Shown: positions 9,263 to 19,527, numbered from the stretch's first letter. The stretch: 64,000 nt of DNA from Promethearchaeati archaeon (GCA_019058495.1 JAHPYV010000001.1:38254-102253); one strand, 5' to 3'. Notes: generated from the letters alone by a model not told the origin. Translations and numbers: made by a program.

Positions 9263-11365
9263 ATGACTAATGAGATTGCCACAGAAAAATCTGACGAACA
9301 GACGGATATATTTCAACGATTCTTGGACTTCTTCAAGTCATACCGGACCGAATCTGGGGCACTGAAATACCGCGAGATGATCCAGCGTCTACCCGTAACT
9401 GGCGGAAGATCAGTGATTGTTGACTTCAATGAGCTACTTGCCCATGATCCTCAGCTAGCCAGACAGATCATCGATGAGCCTGAGAATTGCCTCAAGCCAG
9501 CATCTGACGCCGTGAAAAGCATTGTAGATCTGGAAGATCGGGACTATGTCACGAAAATCATAGAATCTGGATTTGAGTTCAAGGCTAGGCTCAGAAATGT
9601 GTCAACCGGGGAAGTCAAACTCCGAATGATTAGAGCTGGCCATATAGGTAAACTGATCATGGTCAGAGGCATAGTCACAAGAGTCAGTGAAGTCAAACCG
9701 CAATTGGTTGTTGGCATCTTCGAGTGTATTGCCTGCGGCGAGAAAATAGAAATCCCGCAGGTTGAAGGGAGATACACTCCTCCTTCTCGATGTACCAATC
9801 CGAAATGTGGGAGGGAAGGCCCCTTCATACTCGTAGTTGAAGATTCTAAGTTTGTGGACTGGCAGAAATTAAGGATACAGGAAATGCCAGAGGAACTTCC
9901 GCCTGGCCAAATGCCTCGATCCATCGATATTATTGTCAAGGACGACCTCGTCGATACTGCCAGACCTGGAGATCGTGTCGCCATGATTGGAGTACTGATC
10001 TCCGTACAGGATTTCGCCCCCAGAAGGGGTCGTCTCACGACATTCAGGACGTTTATCGACGCCAACTATGTCGATACTATGGACAAAGAGAGCGAAAAGG
10101 TTGAAATCACACCTGAGGAAGAACGAGTCATAGTCGATCTTGCCAGAGATGAGTGGATATACCAGAAGATCGTAAAATCAATAGCTCCGTCGATTTACGG
10201 CCTTGAGGATATCAAAGAAGCAATTGCGCTTGCTCTCTTCGGAGGTGTCCCAAAAACTCTTCCAGATGGCGTCAAAATTCGCGGGGAGATAAATGTGCTT
10301 CTTGTTGGAGACCCGGGGACAGCTAAGTCCCAGCTCCTCATGTATACAGCGGAGCTAGCACCTAGGGGCCTCTATACTTCCGGAAAAGGCTCAACCGCAG
10401 CCGGCTTGACTGCGGCTGTTCTCAGAGACTCTGACACGGGAGATATGACTCTTGAAGCTGGAGCACTTGTGCTCGCTGATCGTGGCGTAGCCTGTGTTGA
10501 TGAGTTTGATAAGATGAATCCCCAAGACAGGGTAGCAATACACCAAGCGATGGAACAACAAACTATCTCGATCGCCAAGGCCGGAATTGTTGCAACCCTC
10601 AACGCTAGGACAGCTATCCTCGCAGCAGCCAACCCGGCGTTTGGGAGGTATAATTCCTACAAGAATCCGGCGGAGAATATTAGCCTCCCTGTTACAGTTC
10701 TCTCGAGGTTTGACCTCATCTTTGTGATCATGGACAAACCAGAGTCTGAGAGAGACAAGAGGATGGCTGAGCATGTACTCTCCCTCCATTCCTCAAAGGG
10801 AGTCGCTCTTGAAGCCCCAATCTTCCCTCAACTCTTAAAGAAGTATATCAGTTATGCGAAGAGGAATTTCACGCCCACGTTGACTCCTGAGGCTTCCAGA
10901 AAGATACAGGAATTCTATCTGGAAACTCGTGCAATGGGAGAGAACCCAGAGTCTCCTGTACCAATAACAGCAAGGCAATTGGAAGCTCTTGTAAGGCTTG
11001 CTGAGGCTAGAGCTAAAATGGGTTTGAAGAAGGAGATCACCGTTGAGGATGCAGATGCTGTGATCCGTTTAATGAGTGCATCCTTGAAACAGGTTGGAAT
11101 AGATAGGGAGACTGGCAGATCCGATATAGACACAATCATGGTGGGCAGGACTAAGTCGCAACGCGAAAGGATAGACCTGATACTTCGAATAGTAAACGAA
11201 CTGTCAGGGACCTCAAAGGAGGGGTTCATTCCAGTGCAGAAAATAATCGACGCGGCAATATCTCAAGGAGTAGAAGAGCAGTATGCCAAAGATGCCGTTG
11301 ATAAGTTGCTGAAAGAAGGCATATTGTTTTCATCTTCAAAGCCAGGATTCGTGAAGAAAGTGTAG
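9263..11365 (+). CDS. mcm: Replicative helicase MCM
   Basis: Zn motif CIACG...CTNPKCG, Walker A GDPGTAKSQ, Walker B CVDEFDKM, arginine finger SRFDLIF. No intein. I prefer ATG 9263 (12 nt after the GINS stop) over the track start 9182, which overlaps GINS. Confidence 0.95.
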   Translation: MTNEIATEKSDEQTDIFQRFLDFFKSYRTESGALKYREMIQRLPVTGGRSVIVDFNELLAHDPQLARQIIDEPENCLKPASDAVKSIVDLEDRDYVTKIIESGFEFKARLRNVSTGEVKLRMIRAGHIGKLIMVRGIVTRVSEVKPQLVVGIFECIACGEKIEIPQVEGRYTPPSRCTNPKCGREGPFILVVEDSKFVDWQKLRIQEMPEELPPGQMPRSIDIIVKDDLVDTARPGDRVAMIGVLISVQDFAPRRGRLTTFRTFIDANYVDTMDKESEKVEITPEEERVIVDLARDEWIYQKIVKSIAPSIYGLEDIKEAIALALFGGVPKTLPDGVKIRGEINVLLVGDPGTAKSQLLMYTAELAPRGLYTSGKGSTAAGLTAAVLRDSDTGDMTLEAGALVLADRGVACVDEFDKMNPQDRVAIHQAMEQQTISIAKAGIVATLNARTAILAAANPAFGRYNSYKNPAENISLPVTVLSRFDLIFVIMDKPESERDKRMAEHVLSLHSSKGVALEAPIFPQLLKKYISYAKRNFTPTLTPEASRKIQEFYLETRAMGENPESPVPITARQLEALVRLAEARAKMGLKKEITVEDADAVIRLMSASLKQVGIDRETGRSDIDTIMVGRTKSQRERIDLILRIVNELSGTSKEGFIPVQKIIDAAISQGVEEQYAKDAVDKLLKEGILFSSSKPGFVKKV

Positions 11366-11404
11366 AAAAAGAGTGGGAAGTTTTTTCCGAGGTTAGCCAT
11401 ACTC

Positions 11405-13639
11405 TTGAAGATCAGAGAGCTAGCAATTCCAGAATCAGTCAAAGCCATCTTAGAGAAAGAGAACTATGTTGACTTGTACCCGCCTCAAAATGAGGCTATC
11501 AAGAAGGGAGTTCTCGAGGGCAAGAATCTTGTGCTAGCGGTTCCTACTGCTTCTGGAAAGACATTGATAGCAGAGTTATGCATGGTTAAGTCGATAGTGG
11601 AGTATGCCGGCAAGGCCGTTTACCTCGTTCCTCTCAAAGCGTTGGCTGACGAAAAGTTTAGAGAATTCAAGAAGTATGAGAAAATAGGGATCAGGGTTGC
11701 TCAGTCCACGGGGGATCTAGACGCTTCAGATCAATGGCTTCAGAATTGTGATCTAATAATCTCAACAACTGAGAAAGTCGATTCGTTAATTCGACATCGT
11801 GCAAACTGGATTAATAGCCTATCAACAATAGTGGCTGATGAGATTCATCTAATCAATGATGGTGAGAGAGGCCCGACTCTGGAAGTTGTTCTCGCAAGAT
11901 TGATGCAGATGAACCCATCCGCCCAAATCCTTGCTCTAAGCGCTACTATTAGCAATGCGCATGAAATAGCAGAGTGGCTCAGAGCCGAATTGGTGACTAG
12001 TGAGTGGAGACCCGTCAAACTGAGGGAAGGCGTGTATGAAGCGGGTGTCATCTACTTCGGAGACGGCGAAACCAAGAAGATTCGTGCAAGCATAGGAGTG
12101 CCATCAATAGATTTGGCTCTTAATGTGATCAAAGAAGGAGGGCAAGTCCTCATATTCACAGACACCCGAAAGAAATCGGTAAACCTGGCCACGAGAATAG
12201 CAAAGTTCACTGCTACATTAGTATCGAATCCCGAGAGAAGAGCACTCAAACAAGTCTCAAGTTCAATTTTGAAGACCGGAGAAGTGACCAAAGTCACTGA
12301 GAGACTTTCAGAACTCGTTGCAAAGGACGTTGCCTTCCACCATGCTGGCCTTCGCTACCAGGAACGCAGGATAATAGAAACAGGTTTCAGAGAGAACAAG
12401 ATAAAGATTGTATGCGCGACTCCTACACTCGCAGCGGGAGTCAACCTACCGGCCAGGATGGTGATTGTTGACAACTACAGAAGGTATAAAACTGGAATTG
12501 GATATTATCCGATACCAGTACTTGAATACAAGCAGATGGCAGGCAGAGCAGGGAGACCAAAATACGACAGAATAGGTGAAGCAATTCTCATATCAAGAGG
12601 AGGAGATGAAAGGGAAACACTCCTAGACACATACGTCAACGGTGAACTTGAGAAAATATACTCAAAACTTGGGAAGGAATCGGCGCTTAGATCGCATATA
12701 CTCTCCTCTATAGCAATGGGTCTAGCAAACAACGCAGACGACGTCATGAACTTCCTTGCCAAGACATTCTACGGCTTTCAATATGATCCAAAAGACATCG
12801 AAGGCGTAATCGACACTGTATTAGAATTCCTGACCACTGAGAACATGGTTAATGAGGGAAGAGGAGGAAAACTAACTGCAACACCATTTGGGAACAGGGT
12901 TTCGGAGCTATATATAGACCCCAAATCAGCGGTAATCATAAGAGATAGCATACAAAACAGAAAAAACAAAACCACAGTCGGTATAACCCACCTAACCTGC
13001 CATACCCCTGACATGGAACCCATCTTCCTTAGAAGAAGAGACTACAAGGATATGGAGACATTCGTTGACGAGTATATGAACGAGTTTCTGGTCGATGTCC
13101 CAGATCCGTGGAGCAACCCAGTAGAGTACGAAAACTTTCTTTCGGAGGTTAAGACAACGCGTCTCCTACTTTCTTGGATGGAGGAGACCCCCGAGGAAAC
13201 AATCATTGAAAACTTCGACGTCGGCTCAGGTGATATTTTCCGATATGTCGAGTCAGCAGACTGGCTACTGTACTCAACCTATGAAATTGCCAAACTTCTT
13301 AATGTGCGAGATGTATTGCCCCTTGTAATGAATTTGAGAAAGCGTGTGGCGGAGGGGGTAAAAGAAGAGTTGCTCGAACTTGTCAACCTGAAAGGCATCG
13401 GCAGAGTGAGGGGTAGAATGTTATTCAATGCTGGTTTCAAAACAACAGTGGATCTAAGACTCTCCAAACCCTCGCAACTTATCTCGATACCAACCATCGG
13501 ACGTGAAGTCGCAAAGATCATCTATGAACAGGTCGGAGCTACGCTTGACCAGAAGGAGTGGAGCAACCTCAAATCGGAAAAAACGACCGAATCAAAACAA
13601 GAAACTCTCGCACTAGAACAAAATGACAGCAAAGAATAA
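11405..13639 (+). CDS. hel308: Hel308/Ski2-like DNA helicase
   Basis: LYPPQNEAI, AVPTASGKT, DEIH, SAT and QMAGRAGRP motifs, plus a C-terminal HhH-like tail. TTG start. Confidence 0.9.
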   Translation: MKIRELAIPESVKAILEKENYVDLYPPQNEAIKKGVLEGKNLVLAVPTASGKTLIAELCMVKSIVEYAGKAVYLVPLKALADEKFREFKKYEKIGIRVAQSTGDLDASDQWLQNCDLIISTTEKVDSLIRHRANWINSLSTIVADEIHLINDGERGPTLEVVLARLMQMNPSAQILALSATISNAHEIAEWLRAELVTSEWRPVKLREGVYEAGVIYFGDGETKKIRASIGVPSIDLALNVIKEGGQVLIFTDTRKKSVNLATRIAKFTATLVSNPERRALKQVSSSILKTGEVTKVTERLSELVAKDVAFHHAGLRYQERRIIETGFRENKIKIVCATPTLAAGVNLPARMVIVDNYRRYKTGIGYYPIPVLEYKQMAGRAGRPKYDRIGEAILISRGGDERETLLDTYVNGELEKIYSKLGKESALRSHILSSIAMGLANNADDVMNFLAKTFYGFQYDPKDIEGVIDTVLEFLTTENMVNEGRGGKLTATPFGNRVSELYIDPKSAVIIRDSIQNRKNKTTVGITHLTCHTPDMEPIFLRRRDYKDMETFVDEYMNEFLVDVPDPWSNPVEYENFLSEVKTTRLLLSWMEETPEETIIENFDVGSGDIFRYVESADWLLYSTYEIAKLLNVRDVLPLVMNLRKRVAEGVKEELLELVNLKGIGRVRGRMLFNAGFKTTVDLRLSKPSQLISIPTIGREVAKIIYEQVGATLDQKEWSNLKSEKTTESKQETLALEQNDSKE

Positions 13640-13747
13640 AGCTTTGGTCAAGCCCATAGTGAAGTTGAGCAACAAGAGATTGCCAAAGGGGGAACTCAAC
13701 GAAGTAAGAGTACGAACTCCACCAACAATATATGAGGCGAGAAACAA

Positions 13748-15127
13748 TTGGCTATCTGCCCCATAGACTCCGGAAGGTATGGTTCAGAAGAGATACGAAG
13801 TATATTCGATGAGAAGAACAGGCTCCAAAGGTGGCTCCTTGTCGAGGCTGCTCTGGCAAGGGCGAACGCCAAAGCGGGCAATATCCCCGCCAGAGCCGCG
13901 GAGGAGATTGCAGAAAAAGCTTCAACAGATTACGTGAGAATTGAGAGAGTCAAAGCCATCGAAAAGGAGATCGACCATGACCTTATGGCTATGGTTAGAG
14001 GCCTCTCTGAAGTGTGCGGAGAGAGCGGCAAGTGGGTTCATTTCGGGGCAACGAGCTACGACATTGAAGATACTGCATTAGCACTGCAAATCCGCGATGC
14101 GTTGGCTATAATAGAGAAGGACATTGGCGAACTAGAAGCCGTATTAGTCGATCTCTGTAAGAAGCATCGAGACCAAGTGATGGCGGGAAGGACCCACGGC
14201 ATCCACGCAGCACCTATCACCTTAGGGCTTAAGTTTGCTGTATGGATGAGAGAAGTGTCGAGACATATTCAGAGACTCAATCAATGCAAAGAAAGGATAC
14301 TCGTTGGAAAGATGACTGGGGCAGTAGGAACGGGCGCTGGACTAGGTCCAAAGATGTTTGAAATACAAGAGATGGTAATGAATGAACTTCGGCTAAAGCC
14401 AGTTGAAGTTTCAACACAAATAGTTCAGAGGGACCGCCATGCAGAATTCATTTCCCTCTTGGGCCTAATTGCCTCGTCACTTGATAAGTTCGCGACTGAG
14501 ATTCGAAACCTGCAAAGAACAGAGATACAGGAACTCATTGAGCCTTTCCGGATGGACAAGCAAGTTGGCTCATCGACAATGCCTGCCAAAATGAATCCCA
14601 TAAGATGCGAAAGAGTGTGTAGCTTAGCTAAACTCATGCGTTCCCTCGTAATAGTCTCACTTGAGAATATTCCTCTCTGGCATGAAAGGGATCTCACAAA
14701 TTCGGCCAACGAGAGATTCATCATCCCACAAGGATGCATCCTAATGGATGAAATGTTGAGAACAATGACAAGAATACTGAAAGGGCTTACCGTTCTCCCT
14801 GAGAATATGAAACGAAATCTAGAGTTGGGAGAGGGACTCATAATGTCTGAGAGCATTATGCTCCTCTTAGCAAAGAAGGGAAAAGGTCGCCAAGAAGCAC
14901 ATGAATTAGTAAGACAAATCGCGATGGACTCTATAAAAACCAAGAAGCCGTTCAGGGAGCTACTCATTGAAAACAAGACTGTGAGGCTGCACTTAGAAGA
15001 AGATGAGATTGAAGATGCATTAAACCCAGAGAAGTACCTAGGAAAAACCAAGGAGATCATAGACAGAGCAGTCAAATCCACTGTCAAGGAAAGAGAGCAG
15101 AGAGTGCCCTCCTTAAGAAAAGGATGA
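13748..15127 (+). CDS. purB: Adenylosuccinate lyase
   Basis: Fumarate-lyase family signature GSSTMPAKMNP and a typical PurB N-terminus (SGRYGSEEIRSIF). Confidence 0.9.
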   Translation: MAICPIDSGRYGSEEIRSIFDEKNRLQRWLLVEAALARANAKAGNIPARAAEEIAEKASTDYVRIERVKAIEKEIDHDLMAMVRGLSEVCGESGKWVHFGATSYDIEDTALALQIRDALAIIEKDIGELEAVLVDLCKKHRDQVMAGRTHGIHAAPITLGLKFAVWMREVSRHIQRLNQCKERILVGKMTGAVGTGAGLGPKMFEIQEMVMNELRLKPVEVSTQIVQRDRHAEFISLLGLIASSLDKFATEIRNLQRTEIQELIEPFRMDKQVGSSTMPAKMNPIRCERVCSLAKLMRSLVIVSLENIPLWHERDLTNSANERFIIPQGCILMDEMLRTMTRILKGLTVLPENMKRNLELGEGLIMSESIMLLLAKKGKGRQEAHELVRQIAMDSIKTKKPFRELLIENKTVRLHLEEDEIEDALNPEKYLGKTKEIIDRAVKSTVKEREQRVPSLRKG

Positions 15128-15172
15128 AGAAAAGTTGACTTACGAGCCCAACGAACATTCTGTAGGGTCGAG

Positions 15173-16255
15173 ATGATTTCGATGCCACAAGATATTGCGA
15201 CGTCTCTCATCTACCACCCCAAGTATCTAGAACATGATACTGGACGTGGACACCCTGAGTCTAGATATCGACTTGAAGTAATGATGAAAGCAATCAAAGA
15301 AAGCGGTATGCTTGACCATGAAAACATCATAAGACTTTTGCAGCCAGTTATGGGTTCGCCTGAAAACGCGATTTTGAGAGTCCATCCTAAATCACATATA
15401 GAATTTGTGAAGAGGATTTCGGCCAATGGCTCTTCGGCAGATCCAGATACACCAGCTTCACCTGGAACGTACGAAGCTGCACTTCTTGCAGTCGAGGGCA
15501 TCATACTAGCTGGAGATAAGGTGATTAACGGGGAGGCTAAGAACGCCTATGCAATGGTACGACCTCCAGGACACCATGCAAACGCGACCTCTGCTAGAGG
15601 ATTCTGTTTTTTCAATAACATTGCAATCTTAGCAGAGCACTTGCATCAGGAAAAAGGCTTCAACCGAATACTGATACTTGACTGCGATTGCCATCACGGT
15701 AACGGAACGCAGGATATCTTCTACGATAAACAGCATGTGCTGTATATCAGCTTCCATCAAGATGGCAGAACACTCTATCCGGGAACAGGCTTCCAAGATG
15801 AGGTGGGGGAAGGAGAAGGTGAAGGCTACACTGTTAACGTGCCACTCCCCCCTCTAACAAACCACGAGTCCTACCTAAAAGCTGTCAGAGAAATAGCAGT
15901 TCCCATCGCAGAACAGTACAAGCCTCAGATACTTCTCGTATCAAACGGTTTCGATGCCCATCACCTGGATCCAATATCGTCCTTACAGCTAACAGCCGAC
16001 ACATATCGAGAAGTAATTAAGATAGCTATGCAACTAGCGAATGATCTGTGTGGAGGAAAACTTGTGATCACCTTGGAGGGCGGATATAGTCTAGAGGCCT
16101 TGCCAAAATGCATCTTGAGCGTATTATCTCAACTAAGCGGGTTCAAAATAGAAGTGAAAGATCCACAACCGAGCCCCGATGAACGAGTCAAGGACTATGT
16201 TGATAGACTAATAAGAGAAGTCAAGAGAATCCAGTCGGATTATTGGCAATTCTAA
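15173..16255 (+). CDS. Histone deacetylase-family (class II/AcuC/acetylpolyamine) deacetylase
   Basis: RPPGHHA, DCDCHHGNGTQ, GFDAH and EGGY motifs. Confidence 0.85.
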   Translation: MISMPQDIATSLIYHPKYLEHDTGRGHPESRYRLEVMMKAIKESGMLDHENIIRLLQPVMGSPENAILRVHPKSHIEFVKRISANGSSADPDTPASPGTYEAALLAVEGIILAGDKVINGEAKNAYAMVRPPGHHANATSARGFCFFNNIAILAEHLHQEKGFNRILILDCDCHHGNGTQDIFYDKQHVLYISFHQDGRTLYPGTGFQDEVGEGEGEGYTVNVPLPPLTNHESYLKAVREIAVPIAEQYKPQILLVSNGFDAHHLDPISSLQLTADTYREVIKIAMQLANDLCGGKLVITLEGGYSLEALPKCILSVLSQLSGFKIEVKDPQPSPDERVKDYVDRLIREVKRIQSDYWQF

Positions 16256-16292
16256 TAGTCGTCCTGTCTGCTGACAAGGATAGAGAACTGTC

Positions 16293-17516
16293 CTATAGAG
16301 CGATTTTTTCTAGCTGCTTGTAAACGTACTCTCGTGTCTCACGCGGCGTTGACAGTTTCCCAACAACCTTACCGTTCTTGATCAATGGCAACAGTAAGGG
16401 CTCCATCTTCCCATTGCATACTGGGCACGTTGGCGACTCGTTAAAAGAGACCGCTAGATCTACGTAGCAGTTCATGCATCTGAACAGCTGCTTCTTACCA
16501 GAAACCTTGCCGCGCTTGGTTATGGGCTTTCCTTCGATCTCTACAATATCAAAAGAGAAGTCAGTTGTGGGGGAGTTGCTTATATATGTGCCGATGCCAA
16601 ATCCGTCAGCAAGGTGAGCGAGCTCTTTGACAGACTCTTCGTTCAGGCCTCCTGAAACCATGATCTGGACATGGTTATATCCCCTTATGTCTAGTTCACG
16701 TCGGACTTCTCTAACAATATCAGGCATGTTTCCTCTTCGGCTTCCAATGGTGTCAAGCCTAACCATAGAGAGACGCTTGCCCAAAGATTCAGCCGCCATC
16801 AAAGATTCGATCTTCTCATCGTACAATGTGTCACACAGTGCAACCCTTGGAACCTCAGGCGGCATAATCTCATCAAAGGCCTTCCATGCATCAACTTGAC
16901 TGCCAAAAGCATCGTAGAATAGGAGAACAAGAGTGTGCGGTATAGTGCCTGAAGGCTCTATTCCGATCAGCCGACCCCCGGCAACTCCGCTCACCCCGTC
17001 TGCCGTTCCAATGTAGGCTGCATAATCAATAAGTGGAGCGATGGCTGGATGCATTCTCCTGATCCCAAAACTCAGAAGCAACTTATCATGTCCAATAACC
17101 TTACGAATCCTAGCAGTCCTCGTGGCAATACCAGAAGCCTGGCATATCAAGCCTAACATCGAAGTATCATACAAGACAAACTTTGAGAAAGCGCCCTCAA
17201 TGACTATCACGGGAGCCCTAATGCCATTATGGTCTCTAGCATGGAAAATTGTTCCTTCCCGCATACAGTAGACGTTGACTGGAACACCTTCAAGAAGCCT
17301 TGCGACTTCACCGACCCCACACAAGACCCCCCAAGGAACCCCACCTGCAAGCTCTCCTGTAGTCACCTCAACGACAACCCGCTTCTCGGCTAACCCTTTT
17401 CGCTCAAGAATCTCCTTGGTTCTGAAGAGGTAGATATCCGCTGTGTCTCCTTGCTTAATCTCCTCGTCAGTTGCATAGTAGAATAGTCGTTCCTTCCTAA
17501 CCATTCGAGCACTCAC
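16293..17516 (-). CDS. pncB: Nicotinate phosphoribosyltransferase (archaeal type with C-terminal Zn-ribbon)
   Basis: ATDEEIKQGDTADIYLFRTKEIL N-terminus. C-terminal CMNC...CPVC ribbon. Confidence 0.8.
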   Translation of the reverse strand: MSARMVRKERLFYYATDEEIKQGDTADIYLFRTKEILERKGLAEKRVVVEVTTGELAGGVPWGVLCGVGEVARLLEGVPVNVYCMREGTIFHARDHNGIRAPVIVIEGAFSKFVLYDTSMLGLICQASGIATRTARIRKVIGHDKLLLSFGIRRMHPAIAPLIDYAAYIGTADGVSGVAGGRLIGIEPSGTIPHTLVLLFYDAFGSQVDAWKAFDEIMPPEVPRVALCDTLYDEKIESLMAAESLGKRLSMVRLDTIGSRRGNMPDIVREVRRELDIRGYNHVQIMVSGGLNEESVKELAHLADGFGIGTYISNSPTTDFSFDIVEIEGKPITKRGKVSGKKQLFRCMNCYVDLAVSFNESPTCPVCNGKMEPLLLPLIKNGKVVGKLSTPRETREYVYKQLEKIAL

Positions 17517-17545
17517 CTGAGGTCAATGAGTTGAATCAACGCAAA

Positions 17546-17647
17546 TGGTGGGACCGGTGGGATTTGAACCCACGATCACCTCCGCCCCGGGGAGGCATCT
17601 TACCAATCCAGCCAAGTAATCATGCCAAGTATCTGGACTACGGCCCC
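17546..17647 (-). tRNA. tRNA-Pro (anticodon GGG) with one 25-nt D-loop intron; CCA encoded
   Basis: Minus strand: GGGGCCG TA GTCCAGAT|ACTTGGCATGATTACTTGGCTGGAT|TGGTAAGAT G CCTCC CCGGGGC GGAGG TGATC GTGGG TTCAAAT CCCAC CGGTCCC A CCA. 7-bp acceptor and T-arm are intact. CCAG/CTGG 4-bp helix flanked by 3-nt bulges ATA and ATT. Confidence 0.7.
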
Positions 17648-17724
17648 GCCCAATTTCTGGCATTATCGCATATGTTACTTCCAACATGTTTCTTATTTAA
17701 TCTTTGTTTTCTGCTCGATGAGCT

Positions 17725-18166
17725 AGGCGTTCTTACATCTTCGCACGCTTGCAGGCAGATGTGATAAGAGACTGCCTCATCGCAAAGAGGGTTAGCATGG
17801 TCAACGTATTTGACATCGAAGGGAGACTTGACGTAAGAACCGTTGATGCCTTCCAGGGCAGGGAAAGGGATGTAATCATCTTCAACACCGTTGGAACATG
17901 GCCACAAAAAAACACTCCAAGATTGTAGAAGACTCAATGTGGCGATCACTGGGGCAAGGAGGAAGCTGGTTATCGTGCGAAGTGGTGAAGTCTGCCAACT
18001 TGAGCTTCCCCGCTTCTGCAACTTTAGATCTGTCGAGAATAATGGTATAATTGCTTGTTCGCCGAGAGAGGCGAACCTTGAAGTCGATTCTATTAGAAGC
18101 AATATTGAGAGACTGACTTTCAGAATTTCGGCGCCAGAGGAAAGGCAGGCGGAACACAAGGTATAA
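17725..18166 (+). pseudogene. 3' relic of an SF1 (Upf1/Dna2-like, AAA_12) helicase gene, 5'-truncated and frameshifted
   Basis: One frame reads ...VRTVDAFQGRERDVIIFNTV... then stops (TAG near 17925). A second frame (track ORF 17891-18166) continues ...RRLNVAITGARRKLVIV.... These are SF1 motifs V and VI, split over two frames. No N-terminal helicase half lies upstream, where the tRNA sits. Confidence 0.6.
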
Positions 18167-18385
18167 GATTCTGCTCTTATCCAAGTTGTCCCCTGGAGCT
18201 TACTGGAAAACGGCTGGACACGTCAAGATTCCAGTGTCTCTATCGGAAGTTGACCGCAGTTTTCCGAGTGCTAAGAGTTTAATACGTGGCCACACTAGAT
18301 AATTGCTACTGAGATGTTATTTCCTTGTCTGGTTGTTTGCTCGCCACGATTTCGTAACATAGGTTTCAGATGGAGGCACTAACCC

Positions 18386-19411
18386 ATGAAGGTGTTGGTG
18401 ACAGGTGCCACGGGCTTCATTGGTCCGGTGTTGGCAGCTCATTTGGTTAGTGAAGGTTATGAATTGACGGCGCTTGTGAGGAAGACTAGCGACACGAGTG
18501 TTCTGCCTGATGACATTAAGCTTGTCAAAGGGGATATGCTAGATGAGTCTTCACTTGAGAATGCAGTCAGAGGAAAAGACGCAGTGATCCATCTTGCTGC
18601 TAACTTCGACTTCTATCCGAAGGATGTCAAGCTTCTATATCGTGTGAATGTTGGTGGAACTCGAAGCCTCTTGAATGCATGCATAGGAGCAGGAGTGAAA
18701 CGTTTTGTATATTGCTCGACGACGGAGGTCATCGGACCCGTCAGTGACCCACCTGCAAACGAGGAAACAGAGTTACGACCCCAATACCACTATTCTAGGA
18801 GTAAGATGATAGTTGAGGCCCTGGTCAGAGACGCCACCAAGCATACAGGAATCGAACATGTCATAGTTCGCCCAACTGGCATAGTTGGTGCGGAAGACAC
18901 TTACGTCGGATTCCAGACTATGAAAGCCATCAACGATGGCGCGATCCCAGTTATTCCAGGCGACGGGCTGAAGCATGTCTCGTTTATCCATGTTGATGAT
19001 CTTGTTAGGGGGTTAATCCTTGCTCTGATGACCAAATCGGGTGTAAATGGCACGTTCATATTGTGCCCCGATAGACCGTTGAATTATATTGAGACATTCT
19101 GGGTTATTGCTGATCAATTGGGTGCCAAACCGCCTAAGCTCAGAATTCCTGGGCTTGCAGCTAAGATCTCCATTGGTCTCCTCGGCTTGGTCAAAGGTCG
19201 CGGAAAAAGTGGCTTCCTATGGCACTACAAATCAGTTCAGGCTATGCTTGAGGATCGATGGTATTCAAATGAGAAAGCGAAGAAACTATTGGGCTGGTTT
19301 CCCCGGATGTCCATGGAGGAGGCTGTGAGAAAGGCTATTGACTCGCAGGTCGCCGCAGGTCACCTCGTGAAAAATAAGAAGACCAGCTTGCTCAGTCTGC
19401 TCCGCAGGTAA
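18386..19411 (+). CDS. NAD-dependent epimerase/dehydratase (extended SDR)
   Basis: VLVTGATGFIG Rossmann motif and YSRSK catalytic motif. Confidence 0.8.
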   Translation: MKVLVTGATGFIGPVLAAHLVSEGYELTALVRKTSDTSVLPDDIKLVKGDMLDESSLENAVRGKDAVIHLAANFDFYPKDVKLLYRVNVGGTRSLLNACIGAGVKRFVYCSTTEVIGPVSDPPANEETELRPQYHYSRSKMIVEALVRDATKHTGIEHVIVRPTGIVGAEDTYVGFQTMKAINDGAIPVIPGDGLKHVSFIHVDDLVRGLILALMTKSGVNGTFILCPDRPLNYIETFWVIADQLGAKPPKLRIPGLAAKISIGLLGLVKGRGKSGFLWHYKSVQAMLEDRWYSNEKAKKLLGWFPRMSMEEAVRKAIDSQVAAGHLVKNKKTSLLSLLRR

Positions 19412-19527
19412 GCATCACAAATGTCGATGTCAAATCTCACAAAGACAACCCACGATAGGGATCCCAGTCTGATGGAGTTCAGAGAGCAAGAAGATATGAA
19501 GGAGATCCTGTTAGGTGAGGGTCGGGG

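Noticed and set aside
14425-15210. 261-aa minus-strand ORF antisense to purB. Similar long antisense ORFs occur at 6093-6677, 9544-10065, 33591-34115, 45775-46275 and 63021-63548.
   Set aside because: Each lies fully inside a gene with unmistakable family motifs on the other strand. Their translations are low-complexity (S/L/R/P-rich) with no motifs. These are typical shadow ORFs.
17531-17764. ORFs overlapping tRNA genes (17531-17764, 46440-46622, 51919-52110, 51965-52156, 57095-57334).
   Set aside because: They read through tRNA exons and introns. The tRNA cloverleaves explain the sequence.
17546-18385. Integrated mobile element at tRNA-Pro, suggested by the degraded helicase next to a tRNA.
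   Set aside because: There is no integrase or transposase, no direct repeat of the tRNA 3' part, and the relic lies on the 5' side of the tRNA. Only a gene-decay scar can be claimed.
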